A DNA stretch of 35,795 nt from the sequence record DRR378314_441, one strand, 5' to 3'. The notes below the pieces were generated by a model. The model saw only the letters and a program-made list of their open reading frames with translations. It made no database searches and was not told the DNA's origin. Position 1 is the first letter of the stretch. Each line of letters starts with the position of its first letter. Of the stretch, positions 21,808 to 30,005 are shown piece after piece. The position numbers and the translations under genes were made by a program.

Positions 21808-22812
21808 ATGAATCGTTATAAATGTTTACAACAATTTCTAAACTTGCACTTCAATAATGAACCTTACACGCTTTCGTTGATTACAGGAGATGCGAGTTTT
21901 CGCCGTTATTACCGTGTAAGTTGCGAAGCTAAAAACTACATAGTAATGGACTCGGACCCTCAAGTCGTTAACAACACACCGTATGTTGAACTAAATCACG
22001 CGTTTTCAAAACATGGTTTTATACTTCCCAAAATAATAAATTTAGATGCTCAGCAAGGTTTTTTTATCTTAAATGATTTGGGCAATATACACCTAGCAGA
22101 TTTACTCAAAGACACTGAGCGAAAAGCGTATTACCAGCAACTGATTAGCTTAAGTTCAGAGTGGGCAAAAGTCCCTGCTACCGAACACATGAAAAACTAT
22201 GATGCTGAGTTTATCCAATTTGAACTAAATATATTTATCGAGTGGTTAGTTGAAGGGATTTTACAGCAGCCACTCGATGCACGGGTAAAAACACTGTGGC
22301 AAACCAGCTGCGCTGTGCTTGTTGATAATTTTTTGATGCAGCCCAAAGTAACAGTGCATCGTGATTTTCACAGCAGAAATATTATGCGCAGTGATAAGCA
22401 ATGGGCGATTATTGATTACCAAGATGCTGTCACAGGACCGGTATGCTATGACCTAGTGTCATTATTGCGTGATTGCTACTTTAAGTTACCAGAAGATGAG
22501 TTAGACAGTTTACTAAACTACGCTTTTACTGAATTTTCTAAACAAGGGTTAATCAAAACAAATGATTATGCTCAATTTACTCGCTGGTTTGACTTAACTG
22601 GTATTCAGCGCCACCTTAAGGCCGCGGGAATATTTTGTCGTCTTAATCTGCGAGATGGAAAGTCTGGATACGTAAAAAATATCTTACCAACTCTCAATTA
22701 TGTTGTAGAAATAGCTAAAAAATATAACGAGCTAAATGAATTAGGTCATTGGGTTGAGTTTGATGTCATACCGGCTATGACACATGCTATAAACGAACAT
22801 CTAGGTGATTAA
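21808..22812 (+). CDS. amgK: Anomeric MurNAc/GlcNAc kinase (APH-like phosphotransferase)
   Basis: GDASFRRYYR, HRDFHSRN, IDYQDA, QRHLKAAGIF.RL..RDGK; adjacent to murU. Confidence 0.85.
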   Translation: MNRYKCLQQFLNLHFNNEPYTLSLITGDASFRRYYRVSCEAKNYIVMDSDPQVVNNTPYVELNHAFSKHGFILPKIINLDAQQGFFILNDLGNIHLADLLKDTERKAYYQQLISLSSEWAKVPATEHMKNYDAEFIQFELNIFIEWLVEGILQQPLDARVKTLWQTSCAVLVDNFLMQPKVTVHRDFHSRNIMRSDKQWAIIDYQDAVTGPVCYDLVSLLRDCYFKLPEDELDSLLNYAFTEFSKQGLIKTNDYAQFTRWFDLTGIQRHLKAAGIFCRLNLRDGKSGYVKNILPTLNYVVEIAKKYNELNELGHWVEFDVIPAMTHAINEHLGD

Positions 22813-22813
22813 T

Positions 22814-23485
22814 ATGAAAGCACTAATATTAGCCGCAGGTCGTGGGCAACGAATGATGCCATTGACCGCGTCAATGCCTAAACCTATGTTAAAAGTAATG
22901 GATAAACCGTTAATTGAACATCACATTGAACGCTTAAAAACAGCGGGTATTACAAAAATAGTTATTAACCTTGCATGGCAAGGTAATAAGATCAAAGAGT
23001 ACTTTGCAGATGGCCAAGCATTGGGTGTTCAAATTCATTATAGTCAAGAGCCCGAACAAGGCCTTGAAACTGCCGGTGGTATCATTCGTGCGTTACCACT
23101 TTTAGGTGATGACTTTATTGTTATTAATGGTGATGTATTTACCGATTATGATGTGAGTGCATTAAAGTCACTACATTTAGATGATGGCGAAGGCCATATC
23201 GTGCTTGTTGAAAATCCAGCACATAACCCAAATGGTGACTTCACGTTGCGCCACCTTGGGCCACAAAGTCAAAAGTATACGTTTTCTGGTATTAGTCGGT
23301 TTAAATCGTCTTTTTTCCAAGGCATACCGGATGGCGTATTACCGCTGGGGCCTTTATTACGCGAGCGCTTAGCAACGGCTGATGTGTCAACAGAGCTTTA
23401 TATAGGGACGTGGAACGATATCGGTACGCCTGAACGACTATCACAATTAAATGAAACGCTAAAAGGAGTACCGCATGTGGGGTAA
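22814..23485 (+). CDS. murU: MurNAc alpha-1-phosphate uridylyltransferase
   Basis: MKALILAAGRGQRM.PLT...PKP, LETAGGI, NGD, NP.HNP.GDF, W.DIGTPERL. Confidence 0.9.
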   Translation: MKALILAAGRGQRMMPLTASMPKPMLKVMDKPLIEHHIERLKTAGITKIVINLAWQGNKIKEYFADGQALGVQIHYSQEPEQGLETAGGIIRALPLLGDDFIVINGDVFTDYDVSALKSLHLDDGEGHIVLVENPAHNPNGDFTLRHLGPQSQKYTFSGISRFKSSFFQGIPDGVLPLGPLLRERLATADVSTELYIGTWNDIGTPERLSQLNETLKGVPHVG

Positions 23486-24350
23486 AATCTTAGGTGCCTG
23501 TTTTGGTTTTATGTTTGGGCGCATTATTGGCTTGTTTATTGGCCTGTATTTAGGCCATATGTTTGATAAAAGCTTGAAGCAAAACTTTGACAAAGCAGGT
23601 GGCTTTTCAAGTTTGTTTAATGGTGATGATGATATTGATCAGCGCCAAGCATTATTTTTTACCAGCTGTTTTGCGGTAATGGGGCATATTGCAAAATCAA
23701 ATGGCCGTGTGAGTGAAACTCATATACGCGCTGCTAGTTTGTTTATGGATGAGATGGGGTTGACGGGTGAAAACCGTAAAGAAGCCCAAGATGCTTTTAA
23801 AGCAGGTAAAGAAGCCGATTTTTCTCTAAAAGAAACGGTGTACGATTTTAAAGAGCGGTTTGCTCGTCGTCATGATTTAATCCAGTTATTTTTAGAAATT
23901 CAGATTCAGATGGCCTTTTCTGATGGCGTGCTAGCGGCTCAAGAAAAAGAGCTGCTACAATTGGTGAGTAAGCAACTAGGTATATCAAAAACGCATTTTT
24001 CTTTTGTATTAAAACGCTATCAGGCTGAGTTCAATTTTCGCCAGCAACAACAACGCTTTAAACAACAACAGCAACGCCAACAAGGCCATAGTAGCAGTTA
24101 CCGTGAAGGCTCAGGCCACCATGTGCCACCGAACAACAATGGTATGAATCGCACACAGGCATTGGCATTATTAGGGCTGAATAATGAAGCTAGTGCACGC
24201 GATATAAAAGTGGCATACAGAAAACTGATGGCTCAGCATCACCCTGATAAACTAGTGTCGCAAGGTTTACCTAAGCACATGATGGAGTTAGCAGTTAAAA
24301 AAAGCCAAGATATTCAATCTGCTTACGAATTTTTAAAAAAGGCGGCGTAA
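23475..24350 (+). CDS. djlA: Co-chaperone DjlA
   Basis: N-terminal WGKILG anchor, GHIAKS.GRV, C-terminal J domain with HPD. Confidence 0.95.
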   Translation: MWGKILGACFGFMFGRIIGLFIGLYLGHMFDKSLKQNFDKAGGFSSLFNGDDDIDQRQALFFTSCFAVMGHIAKSNGRVSETHIRAASLFMDEMGLTGENRKEAQDAFKAGKEADFSLKETVYDFKERFARRHDLIQLFLEIQIQMAFSDGVLAAQEKELLQLVSKQLGISKTHFSFVLKRYQAEFNFRQQQQRFKQQQQRQQGHSSSYREGSGHHVPPNNNGMNRTQALALLGLNNEASARDIKVAYRKLMAQHHPDKLVSQGLPKHMMELAVKKSQDIQSAYEFLKKAA

Positions 24351-25295
24351 AAAGCCGTCTATTTCCTTAGTCAAACGCGCGTGTTGTTCAGGTTCTGAAC
24401 TAAGACCAAATAACTCCCTCTGACGATAGTCATACTTGCTGTGGCGCTTAACCCAGCGCTTTCTGTCAGTTATGCTCATCAATAAATCAGGGTTATCATT
24501 GCTATAAAAAACATCTAAAAGAGGTGGGCTGATAGTTGATACAAGGGTATTTAACTGTTGGTTACGCTCATTATTTGGCAAGTAGCTACTTAAGCTGATA
24601 AATGCCTCTAAATCATCATTAGGGAAGCTGGCATAGTGCTCTAACAGCACTCCAGCACTGGCACCTTGAGCAATCAGAACAATTTTACTTCCATCATTAA
24701 GCGCTGTTTGATAGAGCACTTCAAAACGAGCAATTAAGTTTTCTTTATAGTCATCAATCACATCATCACTGACATACTCAATCGCATCAACATGTTTTAC
24801 TGTGTCTTCTGCGCTTTCACTAGCTTGGTCAGCTGGTGAATTTGTTTCATTCGTATTTTCGTTTTGTTGGCTATCTGCTGTTGCAGTGTCAGTACTCTCA
24901 GTTTGGCTGGCTTTTTTACTTGCTTGCCAATCAATATCGGGCACTGTCATTGCTAGTGTTGTATAACCTAAGTCATTCAGGTGAGTACGTAAAAAGTTTA
25001 TACCCGCGTTGTTGGTGGGTAAATTTTGCCAATCAGGAATAATTAAAACCACCGCACGTTGCTCAGCGCTCATGTACTCACGGTGCAAACTAATAAATTC
25101 AGTCTCACCGGCTTTTAATGGCCTCACTTCGCTTTTGGGCATTAACCGCGATAAGTCGCTACTAACAATACTTGACCAAGAGGTGGGGGCAATGTGTTCT
25201 GCTGCACTGATAGAGTGACTTATAATGCAAATGCTTACCGCGCAAGTAATTACACCCGCACGAAGAAATTGCAAAAGAGAAGTTGCTGAACACAT
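24333..25295 (-). CDS. Exported DUF3530-like protein (alpha/beta-hydrolase-like)
   Basis: Signal-like N-terminus, LR..L.D.GYTT, LIAQGASA, P.LDV, YRQR.L, I.GFL motifs as recalled for DUF3530. Confidence 0.7.
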   Translation of the reverse strand: MCSATSLLQFLRAGVITCAVSICIISHSISAAEHIAPTSWSSIVSSDLSRLMPKSEVRPLKAGETEFISLHREYMSAEQRAVVLIIPDWQNLPTNNAGINFLRTHLNDLGYTTLAMTVPDIDWQASKKASQTESTDTATADSQQNENTNETNSPADQASESAEDTVKHVDAIEYVSDDVIDDYKENLIARFEVLYQTALNDGSKIVLIAQGASAGVLLEHYASFPNDDLEAFISLSSYLPNNERNQQLNTLVSTISPPLLDVFYSNDNPDLLMSITDRKRWVKRHSKYDYRQRELFGLSSEPEQHARLTKEIDGFLRRLF

Positions 25296-25328
25296 ATATC
25301 ATCATGGCCTATTAAAACTGATAAATAT

Positions 25329-25355
25329 ATATCGGCAATAAGGCGCAAAAGTTTA
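25329..25355 (-). promoter_or_regulatory. sigma28 (FliA) promoter upstream of the DUF3530-like gene
   Basis: Minus strand TAAACTTT-N11-GCCGATAT versus consensus TAAAGTTT-N11-GCCGATAA (14/16). Confidence 0.7.
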
Positions 25356-25371
25356 ACGGATTTTAAGTCGT

Positions 25372-26025
25372 CTAAAAGTCTGGCTGTGCTTCAAAGGTCA
25401 TTAGCTGTTCAGTAATAGGGTGAGCAAGCTGCAACATTTGTGCATGTAACTGCAAGCGCGGAGCTGCTGCTAATGCATCAGGATGAGCATAAAGGCGATC
25501 ACCTAAAATAGGGTGGCCTAATGACAACATATGGACTCTTAGCTGGTGAGAGCGCCCAGTAATGGGGGTAAGTTCGACTCGTGTAGCGAACTCTTCATAT
25601 TCAAGTACGTTGAAATGAGTTAAAGAAGGTTTGCCGTTTTCGTGATCAACCATTTGTTTTGGGCGATTAGGCCAATCACAAATAAGCGGTAAATCAACAG
25701 AGCCTGTTGTTTGCGCTACTTTACCAAAAACCCGTGCAATATAGCGCTTTGCGGTTTGACGCTCCTGAAACTGCATACTCAAATGACGGTGTGCGGCTTT
25801 ATTCATGGCTAAGCAAAGTATCCCTGAGGTTGCCATGTCTAAACGATGGACAATTTTAGCCGTAGGAAATACGCGGTTCACACGAGATATTAAACAATCT
25901 GCGTGTTTTGGATCTTTGCCGGGAACGGTTAATAATTCACTGGGCTTATTTACAATCAGTAAATCGTCATCTTGATATAAAATAGTCAAATACGGATCGA
26001 GCGGGGGATTGTAATTAATTAGCAC
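25372..26025 (-). CDS. rluA: tRNA/23S rRNA pseudouridine synthase RluA
   Basis: YNPP..P, VNKPS.LL, HRLDMATSG, DWPNRPKQ, TGRSHQLRVH, GD.LY. Confidence 0.95.
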   Translation of the reverse strand: MLINYNPPLDPYLTILYQDDDLLIVNKPSELLTVPGKDPKHADCLISRVNRVFPTAKIVHRLDMATSGILCLAMNKAAHRHLSMQFQERQTAKRYIARVFGKVAQTTGSVDLPLICDWPNRPKQMVDHENGKPSLTHFNVLEYEEFATRVELTPITGRSHQLRVHMLSLGHPILGDRLYAHPDALAAAPRLQLHAQMLQLAHPITEQLMTFEAQPDF

Positions 26026-26103
26026 GGCAGACCTTAGTGATTTTTAAGTGCGCTATTTTAGTTGAGTGAGTCATTAGGCTCAAGGAAAAAGGTAAAAGTT
26101 TAA

Positions 26104-26140
26104 TTGCATGCTTTTTGATCTGGTGTAAAATTACACCAGA
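26104..26140 (+). promoter_or_regulatory. TA operon promoter with operator palindrome
   Basis: TTGCAT-16 bp-TAAAAT; perfect 10-bp IR TCTGGTGTAA-AA-TTACACCAGA (26119-26140) covers the -10. Confidence 0.75.
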
Positions 26141-26161
26141 CTAAAGTTGCAGGAGTTTATT

Positions 26162-26389
26162 ATGGCAAGACAAAGTATTTCTCTTACTGAAAAAAATGAT
26201 TTATGGCTACGTAATCATGTAGAAAATATCGGTGACTACGCAAATAAAAGTGAATTGGTAAATGATTTAATACGCCGTGCAAGAAGGGCTGAGGCGATAA
26301 ATAGTAAACTTGCTAAGTCAGAACAAAGTGGCTTTAGCGCTCAGTCCGCTGATGAAATGTTAGCGGAATTCAAATCAAAGACTAAGTAA
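26162..26389 (+). CDS. ParD-like ribbon-helix-helix antitoxin
   Basis: RQSISLT beta strand, G.YANKSELVNDLIR motif; SD AGGAG; TAATG coupling to the toxin. Confidence 0.85.
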   Translation: MARQSISLTEKNDLWLRNHVENIGDYANKSELVNDLIRRARRAEAINSKLAKSEQSGFSAQSADEMLAEFKSKTK

Positions 26390-26676
26390 TGCGAACATTT
26401 AAGCTCTCAAATTATGCGAAAGAAGACTTACGGCGTATTTATCAATACGGTTGCCAAGAGTTTTCACAGCAACAAGCAGATACTTACTTTTACAGTTTCT
26501 TCGCTATGTTTGAAAAACTAGCTGCAAACCCTTATTCCTACCAATCAGTTGACCATATACGTACAGGCTATCGGCGCGCTGTTTGCGGCTCAGACAGTAT
26601 TTATTACAGAATTACAGAAACTGATGTTGAAATAATGACTATATTAGGTGGCCAAGATACTGATGAATGGTTGTAA
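26389..26676 (+). CDS. RelE/ParE-family toxin
   Basis: LS..A.EDL..IY.YG...F...QAD.Y, L..NP, IR.GYRR, IYYR. Confidence 0.85.
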   Translation: MRTFKLSNYAKEDLRRIYQYGCQEFSQQQADTYFYSFFAMFEKLAANPYSYQSVDHIRTGYRRAVCGSDSIYYRITETDVEIMTILGGQDTDEWL

Positions 26677-26746
26677 CTTTATAACTTGAGGTAGCAAATA
26701 CTTACAAGATAAGTATGTAATGTGGGCCAAACTGTAGAATTAAATA

Positions 26747-26776
26747 TAAAAAGCGCGGTGTTATACCGCGCTTTTT
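26747..26776. terminator. Bidirectional terminator between the toxin gene and rapA
   Basis: AAAAAAGCGCGGTG-TTA-TACCGCGCTTTTTT. Confidence 0.85.
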
Positions 26777-26814
26777 TGAAATGGTTTAATAATATCTAAC
26801 TAACGGCTACACCC

Positions 26815-29709
26815 CTAGTGTGATACCACAATCAAGCGAATCGCATCGAGTTTTAGCTGGGCTTTTTCAATATGCGTGGTTAATTCACTGCGTTGCTTAT
26901 CGTAAAAAGTCAGTTCTTCTTCACGAATATTTGGGTTGATTTGCTTCAGGGCTGCTAAGCGGGCTTGCTCTTGTGCTAATGATTGTTGCATTTGCTCAAG
27001 GGCTTCGGTGCGAATAACTTCTAATTTAGCTTGCGCCATCTCTTGAGCTGACTTAATCATTGGGTGAATTGCGCTTTGCAGTGCACCCGCAAGTTTGCTG
27101 GCTGTTTGACGACCCACCGCTGAAAGTTGCTGATTAAAGCCATCAAAACCAACATTATCACCTAGGTTATTACTTGCTTTATCAAGCAAGATGCGGATCG
27201 GTGTAGGAGGTAAGAAGCGGCCAATCTGTAAAGATTTAGGCGCCATGGCTTCACCCACAAAAATAAGCTCAACAAAGAAAGTACCTGCAGGTAGTTTTTT
27301 GTTTTTCAACAATGCCACAGAGGCAGTACCAAAGTCATCATCGCAAATCATGTCGAGCGTGCCTTGAACCATTGGATGATCCCAGCTGATAAAGTGCACG
27401 TCTTCTTGTGAAAGTGCGGTGTCACGGTCAAAAGTAACGGTGATGCCATCATCTTTTAAGCTTGGGAACGATGGGTTTAGCATGTGCTCCGTAGGCTTCA
27501 AAATAATGGTGTTTTCGCCTTTATCTTCTTGGCTTACGCCGAACGTATCGAATACGTTGATCATGTAACTTGGTAATTCAAACTGATTATCAAGCTTTTC
27601 AATATCAGTGACTAATGAATCCGCTGCGCCTTGACCTGATGAATGAAGCTCTAATAAACGGTCACGACCGCTTTCCATTTGCTTACGCAACGTCGTATTT
27701 TGGCTGGCAACTTGCTCAAGAAGTGGGTCTAACTCGTCTTCATCGCAGTTATGGGCGGCAATAAATTCAAGCAAGTCTTCGCTAAATTCTTTATACAGCA
27801 ATTGCCCTGTGGTCGAGGTTGTTTCAAATGCGTCTAGGCCTTCATTGTACCAACGCAGCAGTACTTCTTGTGCTGTGTTTTCAAAGTATGGCACATGAAT
27901 GTTCACATCTTGCGTTTGACCAATACGATCTAAACGACCGATACGCTGCTCTAATAAATCAGGGTTAAGTGGTAAATCAAATAACACTAAATGATGTGCA
28001 AACTGGAAGTTACGTCCTTCTGAACCAATTTCAGAGCAAAGTAGGATTTGAGCGTTATCGTACTCATCGGCAAAGAATGCCGCTGCGCGGTCGCGTTCTA
28101 TAATCGACATACCTTCGTGGAATACCGAGGCTTTAATGGCTTCACGCTCGCGCAGGATTTGTTCAAGGCTAATCGCGGTTTCTGCTTTCGCACAAATGAG
28201 TAGTACTTTTTCGTGCTTAAGTGTTTTAAGTGTGTCAATTAACCAATCTACACGCGGGTCAAATGCACCCCAGCTAGCACTTTCGCCTTCGAACTCTTGG
28301 AATATTTTCTCAGGGAATAAAGCGCGTTGTGCACTTAATTCAGCACTTTGAATACCGCTCATATTACCCAGTACTGAGATAGCCGTTTTGTACTGCTTAG
28401 GCATTGTCATCGGGTAGGCGTGTAATTTTCGGCTAGGGTAACCATCAATACCGCTGCGGCTGTTTCTAAATAAAATACGGCCTGTGCCATGGCGATCCAG
28501 TAGCATAGATAAAATTTCTTTGCGAGCTGTATCATCACCACTTTGCGCTTGCTCTAACACCGAGGTGATATCGGTTTCTTTTAGCAATTCAATAAGGGTT
28601 GCTTTGGCGCCATCATCAAGTGCTTGATGTTGCAATAACTGGTTTGCTGCTTCTGCAACATGCTTATAATTACTTTCTTCTTCAACAAATGCATCGTAAT
28701 CATAAAAACGATCTGGGTCGAGTAATTGTAAGCGAGCAAAGTGGCTACGATGCCCCAGTTGATCTGGTGTAGCGGTTAATAAAATAAGCCCTGGAATATC
28801 TTGGCTTAGTTCAGCCATGCGTTGGTATTCAGTACTTGGTTTGCCATTGTTAATACTTAAATGGTGAGCTTCATCAACAATCAATAGATCCCAATCAGCT
28901 AATGTTGCTTGCTCAAACCAACGTTTTTTCTTAGTGATGAATTCAAGGCTAGTAAGTACTAACTGTTCTGTTTCAAATACATTTGGCGAGTCGGCAAAGG
29001 CTTCGTCGCAGCGCTCTTCATCAAAAATAGAAAAATGTAAGTTAAAACGGCGTAGCATTTCAACAAGCCATTGATGCTGCAGGTTTTCTGGCACCACAAT
29101 TAAAACACGGCTAGCGCGGCCACTGATAATTTGCTGGTGTAATATCATACCTGCTTCAATGGTTTTACCTAGGCCGACTTCATCAGAAAGTAATACGCGA
29201 GGGGCAAAGCGTTTACCCACTTCTTGAGCAATGTATAACTGGTGCGGGATAAGGCTTGCACGTTGACCAATTAAACCTTTAATAGGCGATTGCTGGCGTT
29301 CAAACTGATGTTGCCACGTTTGGTAACGTAATGTGTAACGATCAAAACGGTCTACTTGACCGGCAAAAAGGCGGTCTTGTGGTTTATTAAACTTGATAAA
29401 GTGATCAAGAAAGGTTTCTTTTAATTGTGCTTGTTCACCGTTATCAACTCGGGTGCCGTGATAACACAGTAGTTCACCTTGAACTTCAATAGATTCGACT
29501 TCAAGTTCCCATTCTTCAACGCTTTTGATTACATCGCCAGGATTAAATGCCACGCGAGTAACCGGCGCTTCTGTCATCGAATAAACGCGGTTTTCGCCAC
29601 TGGCGGGAAATAATATGCTGACCTGACGGCCTTCAAGGGCAACGACTGTGCCTAATCCTAAATCTGACTCTGTATCACTGATCCAACGCTGACCTAAGGA
29701 AAAATTCAT
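26815..29709 (-). CDS. rapA: RNA polymerase-associated SWI2/SNF2 ATPase RapA
   Basis: LGQRWISDTESDLGLG, DEVGLGKT, DEAH, TATP, SEIGSEGRNFQ, QRIGRLDRIGQ; 964 aa. Confidence 0.98.
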   Translation of the reverse strand: MNFSLGQRWISDTESDLGLGTVVALEGRQVSILFPASGENRVYSMTEAPVTRVAFNPGDVIKSVEEWELEVESIEVQGELLCYHGTRVDNGEQAQLKETFLDHFIKFNKPQDRLFAGQVDRFDRYTLRYQTWQHQFERQQSPIKGLIGQRASLIPHQLYIAQEVGKRFAPRVLLSDEVGLGKTIEAGMILHQQIISGRASRVLIVVPENLQHQWLVEMLRRFNLHFSIFDEERCDEAFADSPNVFETEQLVLTSLEFITKKKRWFEQATLADWDLLIVDEAHHLSINNGKPSTEYQRMAELSQDIPGLILLTATPDQLGHRSHFARLQLLDPDRFYDYDAFVEEESNYKHVAEAANQLLQHQALDDGAKATLIELLKETDITSVLEQAQSGDDTARKEILSMLLDRHGTGRILFRNSRSGIDGYPSRKLHAYPMTMPKQYKTAISVLGNMSGIQSAELSAQRALFPEKIFQEFEGESASWGAFDPRVDWLIDTLKTLKHEKVLLICAKAETAISLEQILREREAIKASVFHEGMSIIERDRAAAFFADEYDNAQILLCSEIGSEGRNFQFAHHLVLFDLPLNPDLLEQRIGRLDRIGQTQDVNIHVPYFENTAQEVLLRWYNEGLDAFETTSTTGQLLYKEFSEDLLEFIAAHNCDEDELDPLLEQVASQNTTLRKQMESGRDRLLELHSSGQGAADSLVTDIEKLDNQFELPSYMINVFDTFGVSQEDKGENTIILKPTEHMLNPSFPSLKDDGITVTFDRDTALSQEDVHFISWDHPMVQGTLDMICDDDFGTASVALLKNKKLPAGTFFVELIFVGEAMAPKSLQIGRFLPPTPIRILLDKASNNLGDNVGFDGFNQQLSAVGRQTASKLAGALQSAIHPMIKSAQEMAQAKLEVIRTEALEQMQQSLAQEQARLAALKQINPNIREEELTFYDKQRSELTTHIEKAQLKLDAIRLIVVSH

Positions 29710-29907
29710 GTATGTCTCGTCTATGAAGAAAAAGGCGGCTATGTTACCTGTTACCTAACACCACTGCAAGGCGCTAACTAGCTCACTTTTAATTAATTTT
29801 ATAACTGTGAATTATTCTTGTATCAGTGATTACTGAGAAGACTAATTCAAAACAAAAAAAGGTTTGTCATAAAACAGACTTTTATGACATCTAAGCTAAA
29901 CTTAGAA

Positions 29908-29973
29908 TATACCTTAGCAATTAAGTTTTACAGGGCGAAGAGTCAGCCCGTTAAACCTGATTAGTTGGGTATA
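29908..29973. repeat. Long imperfect hairpin with TATACC...GGTATA termini in the phoH-family leader
   Basis: TATACCTTAGCAATTAAGTTTTACAGGGC-GAAGAGTCA-GCCCGTTAAACCTGATTAGTTGGGTATA pairs end to end with G-U pairs and a few bulges. Confidence 0.5.
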
Positions 29974-30005
29974 GCATAAAAATCATAAAACGTAAGGAAA
30001 GTGCT

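Noticed and set aside
21808-22812. Aminoglycoside resistance phosphotransferase
   Set aside because: Motifs and the adjacent murU identify it as housekeeping AmgK
26815-29709. SNF2 helicase beside a TA pair and a PIN protein considered as a defence island
   Set aside because: The protein is canonical RapA near rluA; no methylase, nuclease partners or integrase
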